Source of the DNA: a virus
Lineage: Duplodnaviria; Caudoviricetes
Virus record (IMG/VR): IMGVR_UViG_3300047181_000043
Coordinates: 1-57,838 of that record
Length of the DNA stretch: 57,838 bases
Strand: one strand, 5' to 3'
Of the stretch, positions 17,937 to 27,406 are shown in pieces. The notes under the pieces are model-generated. The model saw only the letters and a list, made by a program, of their open reading frames with translations. It had not been told where the DNA came from and ran no database searches. The position numbers were made by a program, and so were the translations under genes. How positions within the stretch are numbered: position 1 is the stretch's first letter; each line of letters starts with the position of its first letter.

Positions 17937-19271
17937 ATGACTAATCAAAATCTCGCTGGTATTCCAGCATCCGCCCAAATGCCTGATTTTAATAACCAGG
18001 TAGAACTCGCCCAAAGATTAATGGGAAATTTCGACAGAGCGCCTAAGGGTGATCGTAAGCCCAAGGAATCCGAAGATCCCCGGTACTGGAAACTTATTTG
18101 TTCCGAAAAGGTTCCTACAAGTCGAGCATTGATTCGACCACTTCCAGATGCAGGTGACGTTAATAAGTTGTTTTCGGTTCCACAGGCTGTCCATAAGCTA
18201 TGGGATGATGCATCTCGAACATTTGTCGAGTTTAAGTGCCGCAAGACCTTGGGACCCAATGAAAAGTGCCTTGGTTGTGAAATGAACATGAAGATGTCTC
18301 GCAATGCCACTCCTGAGCAGAAGAAGGGTTTTATCAAGGAGCGTTATGCGAAGAATAGCTTTATTTCGAATATTTACGTTATCAATGATATTCTTACCCC
18401 AACCAATAACTTCTCGGTTAAATTGTATCGTCATTCTGAAAAGATGGCTAAGACATTGATGTCTCCGATTAGTAAAGAAGGATATAGTGTAGTGGATCCA
18501 AATGCTGGATTTAATGCGGAGGCACAGATTTTCCGTTTCTCCCCACATAATCCATTTGATTCCTATAATTTTATAGTATCTGCTGCGTATGATTATCAGA
18601 AGAAGATGCCTGATTATTTTGGAAATCTAAGCTCTTCTAAGTTTGATCTCTCATGGCACGGTCCTCTAGGAAATACACAGCAGGAAGTTGATGCTATTCT
18701 TTCACAATGTGTTGATTTGACCACCATGTTCTTGTCTGATATTCCAACTGTTGAAGAAACTGGAATTTTGTTCCAGAAGTTCTTGGATGGTGTTGCTCAG
18801 GGTGGATTTGCTCAGCCCGGCGTTCAGGGATATGTACAAGGTGGTCTTGGTGCTCCATCTGCTCCCAACTTTGCCAAACCTGCCGGAGCACCATCGGCGT
18901 CGCCAATGAGCCTTGGTAACCCAACAGGATTCCCACAAACACCAGCACAGCCAATGCCAGCATTCGGAGGATTCCCACAATCCGGTCCTATTCAGGCGCC
19001 TGCGCAAAAACCTCAAGGACAACCAGGGTTTAGCCAAGCTTCTGTTGCTGGGTTTAATGCTCCTGGTCAGCAACAATATCAACCACAAGGATTCCCTCAA
19101 CAGGCAAATCCAATGTTTGGTAACGTTCAGCCCTCTGCGGCGGCATCGGCTCCTCAATATCATGCACCACAGCGTCAGCAAATTAATACATTCGGCCCAA
19201 CTCCTGTAGAACCGGGTCCTGCTCAGAATGAAGTTGAGCCCATCGATGCAGTCGATGATCTTCCATTCTAA
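17937..19271 (+). CDS. gp32: ssDNA-binding protein, gp32-like, with long P/Q/G-rich tail
   Basis: EDPRYWKL, ALIRPLP, CRKTLG...CLGCE zinc site, NIYVIND, HNPFD; ends DDLPF. Confidence 0.85.
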   Translation: MTNQNLAGIPASAQMPDFNNQVELAQRLMGNFDRAPKGDRKPKESEDPRYWKLICSEKVPTSRALIRPLPDAGDVNKLFSVPQAVHKLWDDASRTFVEFKCRKTLGPNEKCLGCEMNMKMSRNATPEQKKGFIKERYAKNSFISNIYVINDILTPTNNFSVKLYRHSEKMAKTLMSPISKEGYSVVDPNAGFNAEAQIFRFSPHNPFDSYNFIVSAAYDYQKKMPDYFGNLSSSKFDLSWHGPLGNTQQEVDAILSQCVDLTTMFLSDIPTVEETGILFQKFLDGVAQGGFAQPGVQGYVQGGLGAPSAPNFAKPAGAPSASPMSLGNPTGFPQTPAQPMPAFGGFPQSGPIQAPAQKPQGQPGFSQASVAGFNAPGQQQYQPQGFPQQANPMFGNVQPSAAASAPQYHAPQRQQINTFGPTPVEPGPAQNEVEPIDAVDDLPF

Positions 19272-19294
19272 GATAACGGATGAAATATATTGTT

Positions 19295-19320
19295 AAGAGG
19301 CGGGAAACCGCCTCTTTTTT
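19295..19320 (+). terminator. Intrinsic terminator after the SSB gene
   Basis: AAGAGGCGG-GAAA-CCGCCTCTTTTTT. Confidence 0.9.
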
Positions 19321-19333
19321 ATTTGGGGAATAT

Positions 19334-19657
19334 ATGCATCGCGATTATATGAAACGTCAACGAGCTATTTTGGTAGATACTTTAAATCGAGTTCTTGATC
19401 AGATCAAGATCAAGTCAAATTGCGCAGATCATTTTCTAAAATCTGAACAGATTGCCAAGGTTAGACGGTATGGGAAGAAGCGATTTAGGGAATTATATAT
19501 TTTTAATAAATATGGAAATCTCTGCGGTCATATGAATGCGTATAGGCTATTGGAATCTGAAGAAGGGGAATTGGACCTATTGAAGCATACCTTCGAAGAA
19601 AAGATTCGTGAAATAGATCAATATTTATTATCTTTGTTAGATGAGCCAGATATCTGA
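19334..19657 (+). CDS. Hypothetical protein
   Basis: Start moved to ATG 19334 (GGGGA SD, downstream of terminator); overlaps primase start. Confidence 0.65.
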   Translation: MHRDYMKRQRAILVDTLNRVLDQIKIKSNCADHFLKSEQIAKVRRYGKKRFRELYIFNKYGNLCGHMNAYRLLESEEGELDLLKHTFEEKIREIDQYLLSLLDEPDI

Positions 19658-20798
19658 AGAATCACTTGAATATGCGGTTCACGCATCTTTAGGTGCATGT
19701 AATTTGAGCGGTGGTGGATCCAAGCCATATAATTTTAGATGTCCAATATGTGGAGATTCTAAGAAGAACCAGTTCAAAAAGCGCGGTTTTGTTCTTCAAA
19801 ACGATGAAGGTTGGACTTATATATGCCATAATGAATGTGGTAGCATGAGTTTTATCAACTTTCTTAAGCAATATCATCCTCAAGTATACCAAGAAATGAT
19901 TTTTAGATCTTTCAGTTCTAAGAAGAAAGGTCCTAGAAAAACACAACCTAAAGAAATAACGGATCCAAACAAGGACCATAAGGCCAATGTATTTAAGCCG
20001 GGCGAACTGATTTCGGTATTAGACCCTACTAATGAAATGGCTATAAAGGGTTTAGAATATTGCCTATCCCGTCAAATTAGAAGAAAGGTATACGAGAAAT
20101 GGTTTGTATGTCTTGAAGATGATAAATTCCATGACAAGTATCCCAATGGCGAATACGTATTAAATGGAAAAGGGTATCCTTCGGGAAACGAATATCATAG
20201 CAGATTAATAATTCCATATTATCGATTTGGTGGATCTTGGGTGCAATTTGATGCCCGAGCGCTGGAAGCGTCTGCATTGCGGTATCGAAATCTCGAGGGA
20301 GCTAAACGCGAATATTATAATGTCGATTGGTTAGATGTAAATCGACCCTTCTTTATGCTTGAAGGTGCAATCAATTCAACATTTATCGAAAACGCGGTTG
20401 CCTTTGGTGGTACTGAACACTTTGATGGTTTTATCCAGGAAAACCCACAAGTGTTAAAAAATGCCAAAAATGGAATCTTGATATTTGATAACGACGATGC
20501 GGGAAAGATAAAATTGCAGAAAGTTATGAAATATGGATTTAGTTGGTTCAATTGGAAATCTATAAAGATTGACCCGGCTGCCGCCTCTGAAGGAAATATT
20601 ATAAAAGATATCAATGATCTAGTCAGATTTGGTAAGGATGTTGAACTAGACGATAAAGGCTATGTAAAAAGCGAGTGGATAAAAAAATATGTTGAAGGAA
20701 CGGGCGCGACTGAAGTCTTGTTTACTTTGCAATACGGGGATATGCAAGGAATGCAACAAAAACGAGTTGAATCAGAACGGTTCCGATTGAACATCTAG
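19641..20798 (+). CDS. gp61: DNA primase, gp61-like
   Basis: NFRCPICGDS...CHNECG zinc domain; RLIIPY; EGAINS; IFDNDDAG; KDINDL. Confidence 0.92.
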   Translation: MSQISEESLEYAVHASLGACNLSGGGSKPYNFRCPICGDSKKNQFKKRGFVLQNDEGWTYICHNECGSMSFINFLKQYHPQVYQEMIFRSFSSKKKGPRKTQPKEITDPNKDHKANVFKPGELISVLDPTNEMAIKGLEYCLSRQIRRKVYEKWFVCLEDDKFHDKYPNGEYVLNGKGYPSGNEYHSRLIIPYYRFGGSWVQFDARALEASALRYRNLEGAKREYYNVDWLDVNRPFFMLEGAINSTFIENAVAFGGTEHFDGFIQENPQVLKNAKNGILIFDNDDAGKIKLQKVMKYGFSWFNWKSIKIDPAAASEGNIIKDINDLVRFGKDVELDDKGYVKSEWIKKYVEGTGATEVLFTLQYGDMQGMQQKRVESERFRLNI

Positions 20799-20808
20799 GA
20801 GTTCACAT

Positions 20809-22002
20809 ATGCCAATGGATAAAAGTAAAAAGAGGCTTATCGAGAGTTTGGGTGCCGGTCCTATTGACCGAAATAAACTTCTCAACGTGGTTAGCCAGAC
20901 ATTGGCTGCGTATGAAGCACCGACTCCAGGTAATATAGACGGAACTGATTTTGAAGGTGATGGTAAGATTCCTAGTGAAATCTCACCTACTAGCGATTAT
21001 TTATTTGCGCCGGCGCTAAAGAAGATCGAAACTCCGACCGTTGAATCGGATGAAGTTGTCGAAGAAGCCTTTCCTGGAGATGTAATAACACCGCCTCCAG
21101 CCAAGGAGAAGAAGAAAAAGTTTTATCCTAAGTGTGAAGATGCGAACATTCGTCGCGCAGCAAAGATGCAAAAGAAGCAAGAAGCTGGAGTTGCTCCGGC
21201 CGCGTATAGAGAATCTTTGTGGAATACACGAACATATGACTATCTTAGCATGGATCTTCCCGCGGTTCATTTTGTTCTTAACCGGGTGGAATCGAGTTAT
21301 TATTATGAAGCGCCTCGTATCGCCCCTACTAAGCTAATTGGAATTCCAGCGTTCGGCAATCCTTGCACGAAGAACGCGTTCGAGCATTTTATGTGGATTC
21401 AGAATAAGATTCGTGAATATCGAGGCAAGGATCCTAAGAATGCACCTGACTGGATTCTTATCAGTCAATCCACATCAATGCTCTCCGATCTTGGTTTGAT
21501 AAAGAGATTGTCTGCCCTGCAGCCTGAAACATGTCTGGCTGGCGCCTTTGGTTTTAACCAAGTTAGAGCTGATGGTAAGTGGTGGAATATTGGTAGTGGT
21601 GATGTTACGCGTGGAAATTATGTTCAGGCCAATATTGAAACTCTTGAATGGGATTACGTACGCGGTAAGGATTTTCATGAATCCGACCGATATCGTACTT
21701 TGATTATTCATGGTCCTTTTATTGCGGTTCGTGGCTCTTTCTTTATGCAATTGGATTTTACTGCTTGTGCTCGTGGATATCAGGGTGGTGGTTATTGGCA
21801 TATGATGGCCGAACTGTCAATGATGTGTGCTGGTCTTGGAAAGAAGGCGGCTACTCTTAAGACACATTCCATGCAATATGACTCAATGAAACCACATATC
21901 GATACGGATACATTCAAGAATGATCATAAGTTCTTTGTTGAAAAGTGGATTGATTATCTCCCTGTTCTGCAGCCGGATACGCTGACAAAGCGGAAATTAT
22001 AA
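20809..22002 (+). CDS. Protein with disordered N-terminus and degenerate GT-A glycosyltransferase-like C-terminal domain
   Basis: Pattern WILISQS...LAGAFG...IHGPFIAVRG...AELSM...FFVEKW resembles GT2-like domains; no DxD. Confidence 0.4.
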   Translation: MPMDKSKKRLIESLGAGPIDRNKLLNVVSQTLAAYEAPTPGNIDGTDFEGDGKIPSEISPTSDYLFAPALKKIETPTVESDEVVEEAFPGDVITPPPAKEKKKKFYPKCEDANIRRAAKMQKKQEAGVAPAAYRESLWNTRTYDYLSMDLPAVHFVLNRVESSYYYEAPRIAPTKLIGIPAFGNPCTKNAFEHFMWIQNKIREYRGKDPKNAPDWILISQSTSMLSDLGLIKRLSALQPETCLAGAFGFNQVRADGKWWNIGSGDVTRGNYVQANIETLEWDYVRGKDFHESDRYRTLIIHGPFIAVRGSFFMQLDFTACARGYQGGGYWHMMAELSMMCAGLGKKAATLKTHSMQYDSMKPHIDTDTFKNDHKFFVEKWIDYLPVLQPDTLTKRKL

Positions 22003-22023
22003 ACTGATTGTGAGGTTATCACA

Positions 22024-22398
22024 ATGGGTCATTATAAGTTGCAAGGTTTCATGGAGCAGTTCAATCAAATCACGCTTCCTGAAGGTACTGAACAGGCGTC
22101 TCCGTTCTATGGCGAGAAGAAGCCTTCCGCTTCCGGTGCATTGGTAGAATCTGATATTTCGGATGTCAATGCTTGCATAACTAGCATGGCCCCATATCAT
22201 TCCCCCCTGGCTGTCGCCAATGGTAAGGTTACGGGAGGTCTTAGTAAGATGGTAGCACTGTCGGAATGTGAAAATGGCATGAAGCTCCAAGACGCTCCTA
22301 AGGGTTTTGAAGTAACTGATAAGGATATTGCTGAACAGTTCGCACCGACCTTTGGTTATTTTAAGGCCAAGGGAAAGTTCGGTAAGAATAAGGATTAG
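22024..22398 (+). CDS. Hypothetical late protein (possible internal head protein)
   Basis: ATAAACT upstream, GAGG SD. Confidence 0.7.
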   Translation: MGHYKLQGFMEQFNQITLPEGTEQASPFYGEKKPSASGALVESDISDVNACITSMAPYHSPLAVANGKVTGGLSKMVALSECENGMKLQDAPKGFEVTDKDIAEQFAPTFGYFKAKGKFGKNKD

Positions 22399-22418
22399 GC
22401 CTCATCGGAATGGGACCG

Positions 22419-22448
22419 GGCGTTAGGATAAATCCTAGCGCCTTTTTT
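22419..22448 (+). terminator. Intrinsic terminator
   Basis: GGCGTTAGGAT-AA-ATCCTAGCGCC-TTTTTT. Confidence 0.8.
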
Positions 22449-22492
22449 GTTATCCGGTCACTATTATACAAAAAATTAATTATCTTTGTTAT

Positions 22493-23395
22493 ATGAGTGA
22501 AATATACTTTTCTAAAGACTATGTAAATGTGATGGATCGATTTGTCAAAATCCTAGATGGATTAAAGGCAAATGGCCAGAATACTTCACATGCCATGATT
22601 TTCCGTTCTGGTGAAGAATATTATCTATCCAAGATGGGGCTAGATACCTTGGCTTGTGTGAAGGCGACAGCCGATCACGTTAAGTTTGAGTCAGAAGAGT
22701 TGATGTTTACCAATTTGCGAAATTTTATGGATTATCTGGGTTATGTTGAATATCCAGAAAATGAAAAATCCAAGGTGCAAACTACGATGTGTACAACTCG
22801 TGACGGGGCAATTATACCAACTTTCTCATTAAAAGGGAATCGGGTTAAGTATTTTGTTCCATGTGCGGCACCGGTTGTTTTTGAAACTGAATTTGATAAG
22901 ATGATTCCCAGTCCAAAAACCTTTAGTGATTTTCCATTAGTTGCTGAATTTGTGATGGATAAGGATGTGGTTAAGTTAATTACCGATAACATGGGAATGT
23001 TGGGAGTAAATGGAAAGAGTGGTTCCTTATTCGGATTGAAGATTGATGGTGGGATTGAACTGGCTATCCGAGGTGGAAACTCACAGTCATTTTTCTATGA
23101 GTTTGATACTACGAAGGTTCGGATTAATGGTGGTTATAAGAGCATATCTACGGAAACTCAGAAAATAGGATCAAAGTTATTCTCAACTACAGTTTTCAAG
23201 ACCATGCAGCAGTTTCCGGTAGAATGGTATATCCAATTGCGATATATCGAAGAGGATGATCGATTAACATTTAAAGCATTTTCTGATATGGTTCCTGGCA
23301 TAGAGATTATCGTAGGAACTACTGAGAATAACAAAACCCAGGAAATTGAGGGTGATTATGATGTAGTCACCGAGTTGGTTGAAGTGGAAACCTGA
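22493..23395 (+). CDS. Probable DNA sliding clamp (gp45-like)
   Basis: Alpha/beta pattern including FTNLRNFMDYL and LVAEFVMDKD; replication-type promoter; clamp loader in the window. Confidence 0.45.
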   Translation: MSEIYFSKDYVNVMDRFVKILDGLKANGQNTSHAMIFRSGEEYYLSKMGLDTLACVKATADHVKFESEELMFTNLRNFMDYLGYVEYPENEKSKVQTTMCTTRDGAIIPTFSLKGNRVKYFVPCAAPVVFETEFDKMIPSPKTFSDFPLVAEFVMDKDVVKLITDNMGMLGVNGKSGSLFGLKIDGGIELAIRGGNSQSFFYEFDTTKVRINGGYKSISTETQKIGSKLFSTTVFKTMQQFPVEWYIQLRYIEEDDRLTFKAFSDMVPGIEIIVGTTENNKTQEIEGDYDVVTELVEVET

Positions 23396-23430
23396 GTTTC
23401 CTTATAAACTCTTGAAAACTTGGGATCACA

Positions 23431-25014
23431 ATGACAGGACTAACATTTAATCGCGACTCACTTATTGAAGCTATCAGCAAGAAAGCTGTCAAGAACCCTT
23501 CCTCAAAGAATGTGGAAGAAATTAAATCCCTTATCGGTGATGTCAAGAAGCCATCCACCAAGGATTCTAGTGTTATCGACACTACGAAGTGGGGAACGGT
23601 TAAACCTGTCGGTGTGAAACTCGAGTCAATAATTAAAAAGACATCTGCTGCAAATATTGCTACCCGGGCATTGTATGAAGCGGAAAACGCAGCAGTTTCA
23701 AAATCTGGGGCATTCCGACTAATATCAGGAATTGTTGCCGATCGCGGGCATGCAAAGTTTGCATTTAGCCGGCGCGGAGTTCCTGTTAAAGTTGAAATTA
23801 TGTATCCGAATGCAAACGGAATGATTTCGTTGAAGGTCATGGTTGATGGTTCTGAGGATAAGACCACGGAAATCCGCCTGGACGATGAAAGATACATTAA
23901 CAATTTTGGTTCATTCATCATCTCAGTAGTAGATGAAATTCTTGATGAAGCGGGAATGCGGTCCAATATTGGTTCTGGATATGATCCTTATACGGATATT
24001 GCAGGGCAGATTGATGATAGCACTCAAAAGGACGCAACTCCAGTTTCTGCCGCAGGTAATTCAGGTGCGATGCCTATCTGGGTAATGGAATCCAAATTTA
24101 GTAAGGCGTTTGCTTTAGTTGAAGCTGAACAGGGCAAGGATGAGGAAGAGACTCCCACCCCTTCTACGGTTAATGCTGAGACTCCTCCTATTGGGGCAGA
24201 TGAGCTTGGATTTGACCTTTCTACTATGGGTACCGATACTACAGCTCCCGTTGATTCCGGAGCCATTGGCGGCATTCCTGCGGGCGCTGGTGACATGGGT
24301 GATTTGGGTGGACTTGCTGGTTTGGGTGGTAATGATCCATTGAGCACAGGAATGCCCGCTGGTATGCCCGGTACAGGTGCGGTAGAACCATCTGCTCCAG
24401 TAGCTGATGCTCCCACTGTTGATGTTTCCAATGTTTCTAGCTGGAGCCAAGACGCCGTTCGTGGAATGGCTAAGTTGCTGGCTCGCGCCGCATACAACTC
24501 TGCAAAGCGCGGAAACGCTCCTATTCCAAGTGAACGCGATCTACTCAACGGTTCCACTGGATACGTAACTGAAGATTCTAATAAGTTGCGCGATCAATTC
24601 CTTGACGTATATTCGGAACTTAAGGGTGCACAAATGGATGAGAACTTATTCAATAAGTTTGAAACCGCTCTTGCTGATGCATCGATAAATCCAGATAGCT
24701 TTAACGCTTGGCTTCAGGAAAACTTGGATCAGATTCAAGGATCGGTCACTATGGATGATTCGATTGATGAAGATCTATTTAAGGACCAGACTCAGAATTT
24801 TCCCAAAGGTGGTGAAAAGAAGCAGACTGCAGCGCCTAGCGGTAGCGGCGACTTCGATTCTTTCCTATCCAGTTTGGATAATTTTGGTGCAGGTGAAAAG
24901 ACTTCTGATGTTCCTGGAATCACTCCCGAAGAACTTGGCGCAAGTGCTGATATCTTTGGTTTGAAGAAAGAAGCGAAGAAGGTGGAAAAAGAACCTTTGC
25001 CAAATCTTCAATAA
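23431..25014 (+). CDS. Acidic, low-complexity late protein (possible head-core/internal protein)
   Basis: ATAAACT upstream; G/P/D/A-rich middle; several L/I/V-x-E-A/S motifs. Confidence 0.7.
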   Translation: MTGLTFNRDSLIEAISKKAVKNPSSKNVEEIKSLIGDVKKPSTKDSSVIDTTKWGTVKPVGVKLESIIKKTSAANIATRALYEAENAAVSKSGAFRLISGIVADRGHAKFAFSRRGVPVKVEIMYPNANGMISLKVMVDGSEDKTTEIRLDDERYINNFGSFIISVVDEILDEAGMRSNIGSGYDPYTDIAGQIDDSTQKDATPVSAAGNSGAMPIWVMESKFSKAFALVEAEQGKDEEETPTPSTVNAETPPIGADELGFDLSTMGTDTTAPVDSGAIGGIPAGAGDMGDLGGLAGLGGNDPLSTGMPAGMPGTGAVEPSAPVADAPTVDVSNVSSWSQDAVRGMAKLLARAAYNSAKRGNAPIPSERDLLNGSTGYVTEDSNKLRDQFLDVYSELKGAQMDENLFNKFETALADASINPDSFNAWLQENLDQIQGSVTMDDSIDEDLFKDQTQNFPKGGEKKQTAAPSGSGDFDSFLSSLDNFGAGEKTSDVPGITPEELGASADIFGLKKEAKKVEKEPLPNLQ

Positions 25015-25038
25015 TATTATTATATTTTCGTATAGAAC

Positions 25039-25063
25039 AAAGCCGGATATTTCCGGCTTTTTT
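25039..25063 (+). terminator. Intrinsic terminator
   Basis: AAAGCCGGA-TATT-TCCGGCTTTTTT. Confidence 0.85.
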
Positions 25064-25073
25064 CGTATATGTT

Positions 25074-26276
25074 ATGTACATGGAAAACATTACTAATCTA
25101 CCGACTATACAAAACACAGTTTCAAATACCCCCGTGGTGGTATCCGTATATTCAAGCATCAAAAGCCGCCTGTCATTTCTAGGCGGTATGATTGCGAATC
25201 AAAAGGATGCGGATAAGCAAACTGTGATCATTTCCAGTATGATCCATAAGAATGACAAGGATCAGGAATATAGCTGTCTCCGATTCTGTACATCGGATTT
25301 CGAAATTTTTACTGAAGTTCCTAATCTATCACAATTTAAGAAACCAGTTTTACCTAGCATTGTCGAAGTGAATCTTTACGATCTGATCGCATTTGTTAAT
25401 TCTGATCTGGATGATTCCATTACATTCTTTGTAAATGGTGATGAGTTGATTGTGAGTTCATATTATTCTCCTGAATTGGATATGGACCAGGTGCAGGTAA
25501 GTTTGAAGATCATTCGTAAATATGAGAATATTATAGATCCTGTGGCAGGTGATGTTGAATTTGCTCATATGGACGCTGTAGATTTCTTTATCTTCACTCG
25601 TGATATGAATCTGTTAGGTAGAAATAAGACTGCTGATCTATATGTAAACGGAAATATTCTGATTTTTACTGCGGAATGTACCGGCTTGTATACTAAAGTT
25701 TCTCTGGATAAGAAAGATTATAATTTTTCTCCAGTTCTTAAGCATTACACAGTCCCACATCGTTTGTTTTCTATGTTGGGAATTAGCGATCGAGGAAGCT
25801 CTATCAAAATGATGCTTCGATATAATCGTATAGTTGTTGAAACTGAGGAATATGTATTTAGTGTGCCAGTTACCGAAGTAGTGGCGCCCATAGAAGAACC
25901 GCCTGTCGGCTCGCCTGTCGGCATATTTACAATACTTCGCAAGGTATTTGCTGAGAAGATGTCCTGGTTTGAAGGAATGAATTCACCAAACCCTAGTAAG
26001 AATATTAAGATTTCTAAGTATTCTGATACAGTAGCTGAGTTTGTTGCCGATTATGAAGGTAGATATTCACTATCATTTCTCGTTGCCGGCGCTATAGAAT
26101 TTGAAAATCAATTTGAATTGTACTTGCCTCTATTTGTGAATCTCTTTAAGGATGAACGGATAGATGCAGTTAAGTTTCAGCTATATGATGACGGTTCAAT
26201 TAGGATTGATACTGAAATACCGGGAATGAAAAAGAACATGGTATATAACCATTCTAGGTTTGATGAACATAATTGA
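25074..26276 (+). CDS. Hypothetical beta-rich protein (possible clamp-like fold)
   Basis: 400-aa ORF; fold is a guess only. Confidence 0.6.
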   Translation: MYMENITNLPTIQNTVSNTPVVVSVYSSIKSRLSFLGGMIANQKDADKQTVIISSMIHKNDKDQEYSCLRFCTSDFEIFTEVPNLSQFKKPVLPSIVEVNLYDLIAFVNSDLDDSITFFVNGDELIVSSYYSPELDMDQVQVSLKIIRKYENIIDPVAGDVEFAHMDAVDFFIFTRDMNLLGRNKTADLYVNGNILIFTAECTGLYTKVSLDKKDYNFSPVLKHYTVPHRLFSMLGISDRGSSIKMMLRYNRIVVETEEYVFSVPVTEVVAPIEEPPVGSPVGIFTILRKVFAEKMSWFEGMNSPNPSKNIKISKYSDTVAEFVADYEGRYSLSFLVAGAIEFENQFELYLPLFVNLFKDERIDAVKFQLYDDGSIRIDTEIPGMKKNMVYNHSRFDEHN

Positions 26277-26280
26277 TCGA

Positions 26281-26751
26281 TTAGCCTTCCGGAGTTTCTT
26301 CGGAAGGCTTTTTGTTAAGCTCGGAATTGATCAAATCTTCTAAAGGATCTGATTCAACCGTAATGTCATTATCTAGAATTGAATCCCAGTCTGGAGAAGC
26401 TTCGAGTCCTTCTTCTGCGTTATCAATAATATTATCGACTTGATTATCTGGATTATTCAATATTTCATCCAATGCGTCCAATTCGGTCTCGAGATTGCCG
26501 ACAGGCTTTACTTCGGGTTGTGAGTTTTCAGAAGATGCGTTTTTAACAATATCTTTAAACTCATCCATGATAAGGATATTTATTGAACCGTCACTGGTTC
26601 TGAATTTTCCGTAAATTTTAGGATTATCCATTTGCATTTGCATCACTTTGTCTGCAGCCTGCTTCCACATATATTCCAGTTGGTTCAGGGACAGTCCTGG
26701 ATATTGTTCTGCCATATCTCGGATGATAAAACTGTGTTTTGAGGATTGCAT
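26281..26751 (-). CDS. Hypothetical acidic late protein
   Basis: Minus-strand ATAAACT at 26776-26782 and AAGG SD. Confidence 0.7.
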   Translation of the reverse strand: MQSSKHSFIIRDMAEQYPGLSLNQLEYMWKQAADKVMQMQMDNPKIYGKFRTSDGSINILIMDEFKDIVKNASSENSQPEVKPVGNLETELDALDEILNNPDNQVDNIIDNAEEGLEASPDWDSILDNDITVESDPLEDLINSELNKKPSEETPEG

Positions 26752-26820
26752 AAATATACCTTATGAATATGCGTTAGTTTATCTTGGGTGATAAACTAGC
26801 GAGTAGTTAAAGGCGGTTTT

Positions 26821-27348
26821 ATGTATAAGAAGGATAATTTACTTTCCCTTAATAGTGGAGTTGATATTTTCTCGCAGATCGAGGATGATATTGTAAACTC
26901 GTCTCCCCACACATTTCAACCGACTAATGAATTTCGTAGTCTGTACAAGCGACAGTCCGGACCAATTACAGAAACTTCATCCGGACCCCAGGATATTCCT
27001 GATGATGAAGGTATTGCTGATATGACCGGAGATTGGGATAAATATAATAAAAAGCCATTTTCAGCTAAAGCAACGCAAGCCCGCCAGGGGGCGACGCAAC
27101 AGGCACGTAATGTCCAGCAAGGTAAAGGACCCGTACTGCCTCCATCTCAACCAGTGCGTCGCCCCCAGACCGAGCAACCCAAGGTTACTATACCACCCAA
27201 TCCATTTACTGAGGCGGTTGGTAGATATAATCAATATTTGTCATCGGAATATAATAAACCTGGACTGACAGAATCACAGAAGAAGACAATCAGCGCAATG
27301 CATAAGGCATTCAACGCGGTTGCTCAAGAAGCGTTAAAAAAGTTATAA
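26821..27348 (+). CDS. Hypothetical late protein (P/Q-rich)
   Basis: ATAAACT at 26791; divergent from 26281-26751. Confidence 0.7.
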   Translation: MYKKDNLLSLNSGVDIFSQIEDDIVNSSPHTFQPTNEFRSLYKRQSGPITETSSGPQDIPDDEGIADMTGDWDKYNKKPFSAKATQARQGATQQARNVQQGKGPVLPPSQPVRRPQTEQPKVTIPPNPFTEAVGRYNQYLSSEYNKPGLTESQKKTISAMHKAFNAVAQEALKKL

Positions 27349-27353
27349 TAATT

Positions 27354-27379
27354 AAAAGGTTCCATCCGGGACCTTTTTT
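27354..27379 (+). terminator. Intrinsic terminator
   Basis: AAAAGGTTCC-ATCC-GGGACCTTTTTT. Confidence 0.8.
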
Positions 27380-27406
27380 CATGTAAAATTATTATCTTTG
27401 TTATTG

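Noticed and set aside
19280-19333. Start of ORF 19280-19657 at 19280
   Set aside because: The first codons span a strong terminator; ATG 19334 has an SD.
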